Source: Synechococcales cyanobacterium VAR_4_metabat_354 (GTDB lineage Bacteria; Cyanobacteriota; Cyanobacteriia; Cyanobacteriales; Chamaesiphonaceae). Taken from it: DNA of 64,000 nt. Each line of letters begins with the position of its first letter. The stretch's first letter is position 1. The notes below the pieces were generated by a model. It was not told where the DNA came from and made no database searches. It saw only the letters and a list, made by a program, of their open reading frames with translations. This document shows positions 50,012-61,348 of this stretch, in pieces. The stretch lies in the NCBI GenBank assembly GCA_031414775.1, contig JANOQI010000046.1, forward strand, positions 64,001 through 128,000. Direction: 5' to 3'. Position numbers and translations under genes: made by a program.

Positions 50012-51502
50012 TCAACCCGATGACCGCTGGGCGAGAGCCAACCGAGCTTGCTCTCGATCGTCAAAGTGGATTTTTTCGGTGCCAATAATTTGGTAATCTT
50101 CGTGGCCTTTACCGGCAATCAGCACACCATCACCTGGTTGAGCCATTTTGATGGCCAGGGCAATAGCAGCGGCGCGATCGGCAATTACTTTAATTGCCTG
50201 GTCTGCTGGAATTCCAGCCACCACATCCGCCAAGATTTTTTCCGGGTCTTCGGTGCGCGGATTGTCGGAAGTAACCACTACTTGGTCGGCTAATTCAGCG
50301 GCAATCTTGGCCATTTGGGGACGCTTAGTTCGATCGCGATCACCACCACAACCAAATACACAAATCATTTGACCACTAATAAATGGCCGCGCTGCCCGTA
50401 GCAAATTATCTAAGCTATCGGGAGTATGGGCATAATCTACAATCACGCTGATATCCTGGCGATCAGCAATTTTGATCTGTTCCATCCGCCCGGGCACGCC
50501 GGGAAACCTGGCGATAGCGGCCACGATCGGATCTAAATCCATGCCCAGATGCAGTACGCAAGCAATTGCCGCCAGTAGGTTTTCGAGGTTGTAATTACCC
50601 ACCAGTGGTGAAATAAATGATCGATCGCCCATAGGGGTATGTAAAGTTCCAGAGACTCCCGTGGGGCTATAGACCAGATCACTAGTCCACAGGTCGGCTT
50701 GAGAATTTTTGGCACTGTAGCTCCAGACCCGCTCGGCGGGTAATTGGGCAATCAGCTTTTGGCCGTATTCATCGTCGTAGCGAATAATCCCCCGCCCCTT
50801 CAGATATTCGTCACTAAATAACAGAGCTTTGGCCTGAAAATAAGTGGCCATATCATGGTGGTAGTCCAGATGATCTTGAGTGAGATTAGTGAAAATCCCC
50901 ACTTCAAAAGAACAACCTTTAGCTCTTCCCTGATCCAGGGCGTGGGAGCTGACTTCCATCAAGCCGACCGTACAACCAGCTTGGACAGCTTGAGCCAGTT
51001 GCTGATGCAAATCTATCGCAAAAGGAGTAGTATGGGTCGCCACCTTTTCATAACCTGGCCAGCGGGTATAGAGAGTCCCAATCAGCGCGGTAGACTGGTA
51101 ACCAGCTAACAAAAACTCAATTAAGTGGGTCGTGGTCGTTTTGCCATTGGTGCCGGTCACCCCGACCATTTTCAATTTCTGAGCTGGATAATTACAAAAA
51201 GCCGCCGCCAACTCGGCACTGGCTTGGATTAAATCGGTGGCCACCGCAATACAGACATCGCCGGTTGTGGGCTGAACCTGCGCCGCCGCCGTGGAGATCA
51301 CCGCCGCGACAGCACCACTTTCGATCGCACTGGGCCAAAATTCACCTCCATCCACCCGCGTACCAGGCATCCCAATAAACAAATCACCAGCAGTGCAGGC
51401 ATGGGAATTGGTTTGGAGTCCAGTAACCTCTCGATCAAGAGCAGGATGGTTGGGGAGCTGCTTCAAGCTAGTAACTTTATTCAACAGTTCACGTAACTTC
51501 AT
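50012..51502 (-). CDS. murE: UDP-MurNAc-dipeptide:meso-DAP ligase
   Basis: GVTGTNGKTT, MEVSSH, NLTQDHLDYH, DYAHTPD, DNPR, AGKGHE. Confidence 0.97.
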   Translation of the reverse strand: MKLRELLNKVTSLKQLPNHPALDREVTGLQTNSHACTAGDLFIGMPGTRVDGGEFWPSAIESGAVAAVISTAAAQVQPTTGDVCIAVATDLIQASAELAAAFCNYPAQKLKMVGVTGTNGKTTTTHLIEFLLAGYQSTALIGTLYTRWPGYEKVATHTTPFAIDLHQQLAQAVQAGCTVGLMEVSSHALDQGRAKGCSFEVGIFTNLTQDHLDYHHDMATYFQAKALLFSDEYLKGRGIIRYDDEYGQKLIAQLPAERVWSYSAKNSQADLWTSDLVYSPTGVSGTLHTPMGDRSFISPLVGNYNLENLLAAIACVLHLGMDLDPIVAAIARFPGVPGRMEQIKIADRQDISVIVDYAHTPDSLDNLLRAARPFISGQMICVFGCGGDRDRTKRPQMAKIAAELADQVVVTSDNPRTEDPEKILADVVAGIPADQAIKVIADRAAAIALAIKMAQPGDGVLIAGKGHEDYQIIGTEKIHFDDREQARLALAQRSSG

Positions 51503-51550
51503 GGGGATACTTTCCTCAATAACCTTGAGCTTATTTTGATATGTCTAAAT

Positions 51551-51814
51551 TCAATTGTCTGATGAATATTTCTCTAGCAGCTGTTGCAATTGCGACAGCG
51601 TCGCCCGTGGTGATGGTCTAGGCAGAGGCTGTTCCTCACCAGCTACCAGTAAATAGAGGACTGGGATTTCGTACTGAAATGCTTCCCACCAGCGGGAATC
51701 GGTGGTGATTTCGCGCACCTCTAGGTCAAAGATTGGAGCGGGAAGCTGCCGGAGCTTGGCTGCCAACCCCTCACAGAGATGACAACCAACTTTGCTGTAA
51801 AGAATCAGATGCAT
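51551..51814 (-). CDS. Glutaredoxin-like (DUF836) protein
   Basis: LYSKVGCHLCE; YEIPVL. Confidence 0.85.
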   Translation of the reverse strand: MHLILYSKVGCHLCEGLAAKLRQLPAPIFDLEVREITTDSRWWEAFQYEIPVLYLLVAGEEQPLPRPSPRATLSQLQQLLEKYSSDN

Positions 51815-51831
51815 AGCAGGTAATTATGTAT

Positions 51832-52965
51832 TTACTTGCCAAAGCCAGGAATCAAACTACCACTCAACTTCTTCAGGGCTTTACCAGCCACATCGGAATA
51901 GCGCAGCTCCCCAGCCAAAATTTTAGCCATAATAACTGTGGCCGAGGGGCGTTTTACACCCACTTTGTAGCCGACCTTCGGAAACTGGTAGAAAGCCGCT
52001 GACACCCGCTGTGCCCACTTCATATCCGCACCCCATTCTTCAGCCATCACTTCGCTGTAGTTGGCGATCGCCTCAGTCCGACCAGCCAGTGCCCCAGTAA
52101 TTGCTTCTGCCGCCTTAATTCCCGAAAAGATCGATGGCCGAATTCCTTCCGCTGTCATTGGATCAACCACACAAGCTGCTTCGCCAGCCAGCACCGCTCG
52201 ATCGGTATGTAGCTTTTGATCGCCGTCCCACAGACAGAGGGGATGGATGTATTGCTTGGCCGTGCTGAGATCAATGTTGAACATGCTTTGAGCGTAGTTC
52301 TCAATAATTTTTTTCAAATCTTGGCCTTCGCCACCTCGGAAAGTACCGATGCCGATCGAATAACCATTATCTTTAGGGAAATTCCAAATGTAGCCATTCT
52401 TGACCATCCCAAATTCAAAATTAATCACTGGCGACACATTCTCAGCCATGCCCTCTAACTCTAACGCCCCTGCCAATCGCCGTTTTCGATCCTTAAAGCC
52501 CAAAAACTTGGCCATTGGCCCTTTAGCGCCATCGGCAGCAATCAAATACTTGCCACTGACCGTGCCGTTACTGGTGCTAACCTGCCAGGTTTCACCCACC
52601 AGTTCCGCCCCAGTTACCTCGGTACCATCCATCAATTCGGCTCCTTGACCTTGAGCTTTTTGAATTAGGAAGTGATCAAAAACATCCCGCCGCACCATCC
52701 AGATCGGTTCAGTCCCAGCTAGCTGGGCTTCCACTTCATCGGACATGTCCCAGGTGTAGCGCAGGACATCGACCTTGGTCGAAATAGCCGGACTAAAATC
52801 GAAATCAAACCATTTAGCAACAATCGGCGAAACACCACCGCCACAAGGCTTATAGCGGGGAAGAGTTTCTTTCTCAATGATTACAACTTTGTGCCCCTGC
52901 TTAGCGAGATGATACGCTGCCGCACCTCCAGCTGGGCCAGAACCCACCACAATACAATCAAACAT
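51832..52965 (-). CDS. Geranylgeranyl reductase family flavoprotein
   Basis: GSGPAG, RYKPCGGG, ADGA, GEAACVVDPMTAEGI. Confidence 0.9.
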   Translation of the reverse strand: MFDCIVVGSGPAGGAAAYHLAKQGHKVVIIEKETLPRYKPCGGGVSPIVAKWFDFDFSPAISTKVDVLRYTWDMSDEVEAQLAGTEPIWMVRRDVFDHFLIQKAQGQGAELMDGTEVTGAELVGETWQVSTSNGTVSGKYLIAADGAKGPMAKFLGFKDRKRRLAGALELEGMAENVSPVINFEFGMVKNGYIWNFPKDNGYSIGIGTFRGGEGQDLKKIIENYAQSMFNIDLSTAKQYIHPLCLWDGDQKLHTDRAVLAGEAACVVDPMTAEGIRPSIFSGIKAAEAITGALAGRTEAIANYSEVMAEEWGADMKWAQRVSAAFYQFPKVGYKVGVKRPSATVIMAKILAGELRYSDVAGKALKKLSGSLIPGFGK

Positions 52966-53046
52966 TGCCGATAATCTCCTGGAGCTAAATCGTTACTATC
53001 TTAGCAAGACCTTTTCTTTTAAAGCATTGCTACCCGCTTATTGAGC

Positions 53047-54337
<1,291 letters not shown>

Positions 54338-54492
54338 TCAAGATACCAGAGATTCGGTACTGACGGCTGAGTGGGATTTTTTTGGTGTGCTTTAATTGGT
54401 TAACTAGAAATTTAGTTAATAGGGATCGATCACCGTCCGGCTTTGTCGTACTGTTGTCGTCATAAGTACTGTTCGTAATGCCCTTTTAACCA

Positions 54493-55296
54493 ATGTCCTT
54501 TCACACCAGCGGTGTCAGCCAAGCGATTGTCCACACTATTGATTCTCAATTTTTCACCTACCAACCACCAGCCGCTGCCCACCACGCCCAACGCATTCTA
54601 GTCAAACCTAATCTCGGCTACCCCGTGGCTCACCCTGTCACCGTCAGCATCCCAATTCTTAAAGCGATTCTCATGGCTCTCCGCCAAGCCAGCCCCCAGG
54701 CAGAAATCTTGATCGTTGAAGGAGTCTGTTCCCCCGTCAGCCTGCCAGATATTGCCAGCAAACTTGGTCTCCATAGCATGTTGGATGAAGGAATGCAGCT
54801 CTTCGATGCTGACACTCTGCCAATGATCGAATATCCCAACCTATCGCCAAAACCAGTGCGCTTCCAGACCATGTGGGCACCAGCCCTGCTCCAAGAAGTT
54901 GATTGCCGAATTAGCGTCGGCACCTTCAAACGCACAATCCTCAAGGATGAAGCCCTAATTTCGGCATCGCTAAAAAACCTGTATGGCTTGTTTCCTCGAT
55001 CGCATTACCAAGCCCGTAGCCCTAACTCCCGTGGTCAACTCCATCGACCCTCGGTTCCTCAGGTCTTGCAAGATGTCTATTTTTGTGTTGGGCATTTATT
55101 TGACGGTGCCGTAGTCGATGCCCATCAACGCTTACTTAGCCCCGGCTGGCAGCCAGACAAAGGCCAAAAAATCGACTTTGGCAAGGTATTTTATGGAGAT
55201 GATTTGGTGACTGTCGATCGAACGGCTTGTGCTGCTGCTGGCGAAAAAATTCCAGATTACATTGATGAGATCGAACAATTACGTTTACGCTTGTAA
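54493..55296 (+). CDS. DUF362 domain protein
   Basis: ILVKPNL, ASLKNLYG, DDLVTVD. Confidence 0.8.
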   Translation: MSFHTSGVSQAIVHTIDSQFFTYQPPAAAHHAQRILVKPNLGYPVAHPVTVSIPILKAILMALRQASPQAEILIVEGVCSPVSLPDIASKLGLHSMLDEGMQLFDADTLPMIEYPNLSPKPVRFQTMWAPALLQEVDCRISVGTFKRTILKDEALISASLKNLYGLFPRSHYQARSPNSRGQLHRPSVPQVLQDVYFCVGHLFDGAVVDAHQRLLSPGWQPDKGQKIDFGKVFYGDDLVTVDRTACAAAGEKIPDYIDEIEQLRLRL

Positions 55297-57459
55297 CCGC
55301 TCCTGTAAGCGCGTGTTGCGGCGGACTGACTTAGTACTATTCACGGCCTGTTGCATGGCTCGTTCCTCACCAACCAATATCACTAGATGACGACCTCTGG
55401 TGATCGCTGTATACAGCAAGTTGCGTTGCAACATCATGCTGTGCTGAGTACTGATCGGAATCACCACCACTGGAAACTCCGATCCTTGGCTCTTGTGAAT
55501 AGTAATCGAATAGGCCAACATCACATTATCCAGCTGGGCAAAGCTATATTCAATCAGCTTGCCAGCGGGTTCCTGCCAATCGGGATAACGGATCTGGGTG
55601 ATTATTTCCTCATCTTTAGTGGCGATCGATTCTACCACCCCAATATCACCATTAAAGACCAACTGGGTATAGTCATTACTGGTTTGAATCACTCGATCGC
55701 CAACTCTAAATTGTTTGATTTTCCGCTGACCAGGTACCTCTGGATTCCAGAGTTTTTGCACCAATTGATTGGTGGCAATATTGCCGCTATCAGACTTGTG
55801 CATTGGCGCTAGATACTGAACATCCGCCGGGGCATAACCCAATTGGGGCAGTTTTTCTTGGAACAACCATTCGATCGCTTTCGGAATGATCGCCGAGTTG
55901 CATTTCAGCCACAGACAATCCGTTTCAAATTTTTCGGTAACTTTGGTAATTACTTCCAACGCGGGCATTTGACCAGCATTAATCGCATAAGAACATTGGG
56001 TAATTTTAGAAGCAGCAGCTTGCCGAAACACCTCGGTCAGTTCCGCCACCGGAAACACCCGCGATTGAATCATGTCGCGCAGCACGTTCCCCGCCGCAAT
56101 CGAGGGTAACTGATTCACATCGCCAATTAGCAATACCTGGGCTGACAGCGGCATGGCCGCAATCAAAGAGTCGGCGATCGATAGATCCAACATCGAAGTT
56201 TCATCAATAATAAAACAGTCCCCCTCTAACGGATAGCGACTATTGTGACTAAAGCCACTCCCCGTCCAACCCAATAGCCGGTGAATAGTTTGCGCCTCTA
56301 AGCCAGTACTTTCTTGAATCCGCAGCGCAGCTTTACCAGTAGGTGCACAAGCGACCACCCGGCGTTTTTGATCGAGCCAGAATTGGACAATCGCTTTAGC
56401 AGTAGCCGTCTTACCCACCCCCGCACCGCCCGTCATAATCGTCACGCCTTGGGTCGCCGCCATCACCAATGCGGCTTTTTGCCCCGCCGCTAGCTCGATA
56501 TTGTTGTCGGTTTCGTAATCTGTGATCCAAGCATCCAGGTCGGTCTTTAGCTCAAAGCTACCGCACAAACCTTGCAGATTATCGGCTAACCGACATTCGG
56601 CCTGGTGGGCGCGGTATAGATAAACATCTTCCGACTCCACTACTAACTTTCGCCGTTCCGGAGCAGTGGCTGCACACAAAGATTTGATATGAGCGGCAAT
56701 GGACTCAGTAGTCGGTTGATGACTGGGTAGTCTTAAGACATCCGCACAAATTCGGATGAGCACTACTTGCGGTAAATAACAATGCCCCTGCTGCTGGGCG
56801 GCTTGGCGCAGGGTATCGGCAATTGCTGCTTGGTAACGAGCTGCGCTATTAATCGCAATTCCCGTCTTTAGGGCAATGTCATCGGCTCGCTTAAAGCCAA
56901 AGCCCCGCACCCGCTCTATTAAAACGTAGGGATCTTCTTTGATGGTTGCGATCGACTCATCCCCAAATTCGCGGTAAATTTTAGCCGCATAGGTCGCCGA
57001 AATTCCCAAACCAGCCAAAAAAGCAATCAGGTGTTGCAGCTTGCGGCTCTCAGAATAGGACTGCACCATTTTATCTAGTTTATTGATGGTGATGCCACTC
57101 ACTTCCAGCAACCGTTCTGGCTCGCGCTCCAGAATCTGGAAGGTATCATCACCAAAATGATCAACCATCCGCGCCGCCATTTTTTTGCCAATACCTTGGA
57201 GCGTGATCAAAAATCCAATCACCGACTCCCGCCCCACCGGTTCCGCGATCCGATAACTGGTGAAATTGAACTGGTTGCCATAACTGGGATGCTGCCGCCA
57301 ATCGCCATAAAGAGTCACTGCCAAGTCTTTTTGGGGGGCGGGCATCACGCCTACGGCTTTAAAAGATTGAAAATCGGCGTCAGCCATCTGGATCACCACG
57401 TAGTGATCATCACTATTTTGATGCATGACTTGAGCGATCGTCCCGTTGATTTCGGCCAT
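55285..57459 (-). CDS. recD2: RecD2-like SF1B helicase
   Basis: HhH repeats (GIGKKMA, GFGFKRAD), TGGAGVGKT, APTGKAA, IDETSM, GDVNQL, YSITIHKSQGSE, LYTAITR. Confidence 0.92.
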   Translation of the reverse strand: MAEINGTIAQVMHQNSDDHYVVIQMADADFQSFKAVGVMPAPQKDLAVTLYGDWRQHPSYGNQFNFTSYRIAEPVGRESVIGFLITLQGIGKKMAARMVDHFGDDTFQILEREPERLLEVSGITINKLDKMVQSYSESRKLQHLIAFLAGLGISATYAAKIYREFGDESIATIKEDPYVLIERVRGFGFKRADDIALKTGIAINSAARYQAAIADTLRQAAQQQGHCYLPQVVLIRICADVLRLPSHQPTTESIAAHIKSLCAATAPERRKLVVESEDVYLYRAHQAECRLADNLQGLCGSFELKTDLDAWITDYETDNNIELAAGQKAALVMAATQGVTIMTGGAGVGKTATAKAIVQFWLDQKRRVVACAPTGKAALRIQESTGLEAQTIHRLLGWTGSGFSHNSRYPLEGDCFIIDETSMLDLSIADSLIAAMPLSAQVLLIGDVNQLPSIAAGNVLRDMIQSRVFPVAELTEVFRQAAASKITQCSYAINAGQMPALEVITKVTEKFETDCLWLKCNSAIIPKAIEWLFQEKLPQLGYAPADVQYLAPMHKSDSGNIATNQLVQKLWNPEVPGQRKIKQFRVGDRVIQTSNDYTQLVFNGDIGVVESIATKDEEIITQIRYPDWQEPAGKLIEYSFAQLDNVMLAYSITIHKSQGSEFPVVVIPISTQHSMMLQRNLLYTAITRGRHLVILVGEERAMQQAVNSTKSVRRNTRLQERLQA

Positions 57460-57487
57460 GACCCGTGGGAAGCAAGGATGCTGGCCA

Positions 57488-58729
57488 TTATACTTTCAAG
57501 TTGACCGTCGTGAAGCCCTGTCGGAGGGTTTGCTGCCGGATCAACCACGATTTTTTGATGCGCTGGCCAATTACTGGCGCTAACTGCCTGACGAGCTGCC
57601 GCAAGAGCGGGTATTTTCGCAGCAACTGAGCCTGCCCCATTTCGGCCTGTTGGAGAGCTTGTATTTGCAAAATTTCTGGCTCTCGATCGGCTTGAATTTG
57701 AGGTAGTAGTCGATCGATCTCTATCCCACTCAAATTGTTTTGCAGAGCTGGCACCAGATAATTAGCCGCCACAATCACATCCCGCAGCGCCATATTAATG
57801 CCCTGAGCGCGGATCGGCGACATCGGATGGGCAGCATCGCCCAACAGTAATAAACCCTGGGTATGCCAACGAGGGCAATAACCAACTAATACCGATAGCA
57901 GCACTGGTCTCTCGATCGAGGCTGCTGCCGACCGAAAATGAGCAGCCAACCAAGGGGGAGCAGCAGTGGCTAAAATCTCCGGCCAGTCGGCATTTTTCCA
58001 ATCGATCGGATCATCGGCATGTAAGCTCCAACCCACTTGCAATTGACCAGTAGCACTCCGAAATACCCCAAAGGAATGTTGACCACGAACGAACGAATAG
58101 AATACATTCTCCATCGTTGGCAAATCCGCCATCTTGAACCACAAAATATCAAAATCTTGGGGCTGTTCTATCAATGGCAAATTAGCCTGCGCCCGGACTT
58201 GAGAATTCTGGCCATCGCAGCCAATCACTAAATCGGCGGTCAGGGTTCGATTTCCCGACAATTTCACTCCCACCACCCGATTCTTTTGCGTCCTTCGGGC
58301 AGGCTCAGCCAACAGAGATGCTTCGTTCCCGCCATCCCACCACAAATCCTGCACCGCAGTACCAGCCAGAAATTCAAAATTTGGATAGGCACTAGCTTGA
58401 GCTATTAACTTTGGGAGTAGAGCCGGTTGTGAAACCAGAGTACAAGGCTGACCACCAGCTTCCATCGGTTCATCTACTCGAAATAGCGACTGGTTTTCAA
58501 TAAATACTTCCCAGGCAGCTAAAGACTGGTGCGGAATACTAGTTATCATCTCCGCTAAACCCATTTGACTCAGAGCACCCCAACCATTGGGCATCAGTGC
58601 CTCCCCGCGAAAGATTCGTTGAGATTTGGTGGCGGCTTCGATAAGCTGCACCTTGATGCCACGTCGAGCGAGTAACAGCGATAGAGTGACCCCGGTCGGG
58701 CCAGCACCAACAACAATAACTTGAGCCAT
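57488..58729 (-). CDS. FAD-dependent monooxygenase (UbiH/PheA-like)
   Basis: GAGPTG, GCDG, LLGDAAHPMSPIRAQGINMALRD. Confidence 0.9.
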   Translation of the reverse strand: MAQVIVVGAGPTGVTLSLLLARRGIKVQLIEAATKSQRIFRGEALMPNGWGALSQMGLAEMITSIPHQSLAAWEVFIENQSLFRVDEPMEAGGQPCTLVSQPALLPKLIAQASAYPNFEFLAGTAVQDLWWDGGNEASLLAEPARRTQKNRVVGVKLSGNRTLTADLVIGCDGQNSQVRAQANLPLIEQPQDFDILWFKMADLPTMENVFYSFVRGQHSFGVFRSATGQLQVGWSLHADDPIDWKNADWPEILATAAPPWLAAHFRSAAASIERPVLLSVLVGYCPRWHTQGLLLLGDAAHPMSPIRAQGINMALRDVIVAANYLVPALQNNLSGIEIDRLLPQIQADREPEILQIQALQQAEMGQAQLLRKYPLLRQLVRQLAPVIGQRIKKSWLIRQQTLRQGFTTVNLKV

Positions 58730-58927
58730 TGTGAATATTAGAAGATCATCCCTACTCTAGAATGAATGCTAGTCATTCTCAACCTTACACTGGTTGCCGC
58801 CTGACTGCCGGACACAATTAGTTCAAAACTAGAACTAAAGACAAAGATGGAAAATCAGGGAGAAGTTTATGAGAAGCTGGAGTTTACGACAAAACCTACT
58901 CCTCATGAAATCTCCTACCCCCATCTA

Positions 58928-59105
58928 TAGAACCCATTTGGTGTCTTTTATTGCAATGCAAGGGATTCACGAAAGTCGTTTTAATCAACCCAGCAGCCAA
59001 AGGGGTTAAACAGCTGAGGAATTATGAGAATTTGCTGCAAGGGATAATGAGATCCATGTGGGCAAAGAGCTTCTAAGCAAGGAATTAGATACCAAATGGG
59101 TTCTA
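58928..59105. mobile_element. 178-bp MITE with 19-bp TIRs and TA target duplication
   Basis: TAGAACCCATTTGGTGTCT ... AGATACCAAATGGGTTCTA (18/19 inverted match), flanked by TA on both sides; empty site TCTAGA. Confidence 0.8.
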
Positions 59106-59218
59106 TAGAAATTGAAGACGGAGATTAAGATTTAATTTGATTGCTGGAATTTAAAATTATAAGATTTCCTCATCATCCAAACAGGTGATTATTTGAGACT
59201 TTTGCAAGAGATCTATTG

Positions 59219-59467
59219 ATTAAATAAGTGTGTAATATCGAACGCTTTTATGTGTGGGATGAACAAGCTATTCGCAATCATTTGTTCTGTGCGTTGAGTG
59301 CTTTTTACAAGCTGCAAACGATGTGCATTAAGGGGATGATCAACAATTGCTATGAGATATCGCGCCAACTGTTTATACCGGTCATTCGTCAGTTTATTCT
59401 GGATAACTTGACCGAATTTATATTTTTCTCTCAGCATTAGGGTACTTTTGTCAATGCATAACTTCTA
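59219..59467 (+). pseudogene. C-terminal relic of an IS701-like transposase
   Basis: IK*VCNIERF....QAIRNHLFCAL..F..L...; in-frame stop and no N-terminus. Confidence 0.65.
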
Positions 59468-59560
59468 TGATTATCAATATGACTCTGGGTATGTTCCTGG
59501 ATATTTTTCAGTCTGATATGGTAGAGGGATGAAATCTAATAATTTAGAGAATTTAAATCC

Positions 59561-60385
59561 ATGCCCAAGCTCGAAGATAATAAAACAAGATGGGATGGTG
59601 AATATCATTGGCGCGATCAAGGTGATGAGTGGTCAGCCTTATGGGGCGATCCCTCGATGCAGTGGCATGGTACCATCCTGCCCAGAATCAAGGCACACAT
59701 TCCAGCTAATCGGATAGTAGAAATTGCCTGTGGTTATGGCCGCTGGACACAATACCTCAAAGATCTTTGTCAAAATCTAATTGCGATCGATCTTTCCGAG
59801 GAATGTATTAAAGCCAGCCAACAACGCTTTGCCGATTGCTCAAATATCGAATACCACGTCAATGATGGCCGATCGCTGGATATGATCCCAGATTCTTCAG
59901 TGGATTTTGTGTTCAGTTTTGATTCGCTGGTTCATGCCGATGAATCCGTGATCAACGCTTACCTGTGTCAATTCAAAAGAATACTGACTAAAGATGGCGT
60001 GGCTTTCATTCACCATTCCAATTTTGGTGAATACGCTCCGGTCTATGCCAAAATTCGCGATGTACCTAATCTCGAAGAAATTTTGATCCAGTCGGACATC
60101 CTGGAGCAGTCTACCCACTGGCGAGATGCTAGTGTCGATGCCCAAAAGGTCGAAACGTTGGCTACCAAAAATGGTTTGAGCTGCATCAGCCAAGAAATCG
60201 TCCCTTGGTCAACCAAGAAAATGTTTATTGATTGCATGTCTACGATCGTCAAAAACGATTCATCACTGGCTAGGACTAACCGCGTCTTGAGAAATGCCAA
60301 TTTTATGGAAGAAGCCCATAATCTCTTGCAGCTTTCTCGGCTATATGATGCAGGCCAGGACTTAAAGGAGGCTAATCGATTATGA
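59561..60385 (+). CDS. Class I SAM-dependent methyltransferase
   Basis: VEIACGYGRW, AIDLS, VDFVFSFDSLVH. Confidence 0.88.
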   Translation: MPKLEDNKTRWDGEYHWRDQGDEWSALWGDPSMQWHGTILPRIKAHIPANRIVEIACGYGRWTQYLKDLCQNLIAIDLSEECIKASQQRFADCSNIEYHVNDGRSLDMIPDSSVDFVFSFDSLVHADESVINAYLCQFKRILTKDGVAFIHHSNFGEYAPVYAKIRDVPNLEEILIQSDILEQSTHWRDASVDAQKVETLATKNGLSCISQEIVPWSTKKMFIDCMSTIVKNDSSLARTNRVLRNANFMEEAHNLLQLSRLYDAGQDLKEANRL

Positions 60386-60418
60386 TCAAAAAGAATTTTT
60401 TCTGCCCAGGGTAATTCG

Positions 60419-61339
60419 GTGCAACTAAAAAACGTAATTATTGCCCACAAAGCACACGACCAGTTTAGCCGGAGCTTCGCTGAGAAATCGGCCAAAGAAC
60501 TAGAAACATTGGGCTGCAAGGTGATGATGGGACCGAGTGGCGCTAAGGATAATCCTTTTCCGGTCTTCTTAGCCTCTACCCATGAACCGATCGATCTCGC
60601 TATCATCTTCGGTGGCGATGGCACTGCCTTAGCTGCTGCTCGGCAAGTTTCCCCCGATGGCATTCCCATCTTGGCAATCAATGCTGGTGGCCACCTGGGG
60701 TTTTTGACCGAATCCTTAGATTTCATGGATGACTCCATGAGTATCTGGGAGCGGCTGACCAGCGACAGATTTGCGATCGAACGGCGGATGATGCTCCAGG
60801 CCACTGTATATGAAGGTGATTCTAGTAACCGCGAACCAGTCAGCGACACCTTTTTGGCCTTAAACGAAATGTGTATCAAACCGGCCGCCGCCGATCGAAT
60901 GCTCACCTCGATTCTGGAAATGGAAATTGACGGTGAAGTTGTTGATCAATATCAAGGTGACGGCCTGGTAATTTCTACGCCCACTGGTTCCACCTGCTAT
61001 AACCTTTCGGCCAACGGTCCGATCGTCCATTCTGGCATGGAGGCAATTAGCGTTACCCCGATCTGTCCGCTCAGTTTATCGAGCCGTCCGATCGTCATTC
61101 CGCCTGGTGCGATGGTGGGGGTGTGGGCGCTGGGCGACTATGAGTTAAACACCAAGCTGTGGATGGATGGTGTGATGGCCACGGCCATCTGGCCAGGGCA
61201 TCGGGTGGAAGTGCGCAAGGCCGACTGCCAAGCCCAATTTATTATCCTGCGCGAAGACTATTCTTACTATCGCACTCTGCGCGATAAGCTGCTGTGGGCA
61301 GGGGCACGGATTCGTTACAACAATCACCATCGTAACTAG
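60419..61339 (+). CDS. nadK: NAD(+) kinase
   Basis: GGDGT, GHLGFL, ALNE, GDGLVISTPTGSTCYNLSANGP. Confidence 0.95.
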   Translation: MQLKNVIIAHKAHDQFSRSFAEKSAKELETLGCKVMMGPSGAKDNPFPVFLASTHEPIDLAIIFGGDGTALAAARQVSPDGIPILAINAGGHLGFLTESLDFMDDSMSIWERLTSDRFAIERRMMLQATVYEGDSSNREPVSDTFLALNEMCIKPAAADRMLTSILEMEIDGEVVDQYQGDGLVISTPTGSTCYNLSANGPIVHSGMEAISVTPICPLSLSSRPIVIPPGAMVGVWALGDYELNTKLWMDGVMATAIWPGHRVEVRKADCQAQFIILREDYSYYRTLRDKLLWAGARIRYNNHHRN

Positions 61340-61348
61340 GATGAATCC

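Noticed and set aside
60043..60906. 287-aa minus-strand ORF
   Set aside because: Antisense shadow of the methyltransferase and NAD kinase; no motif
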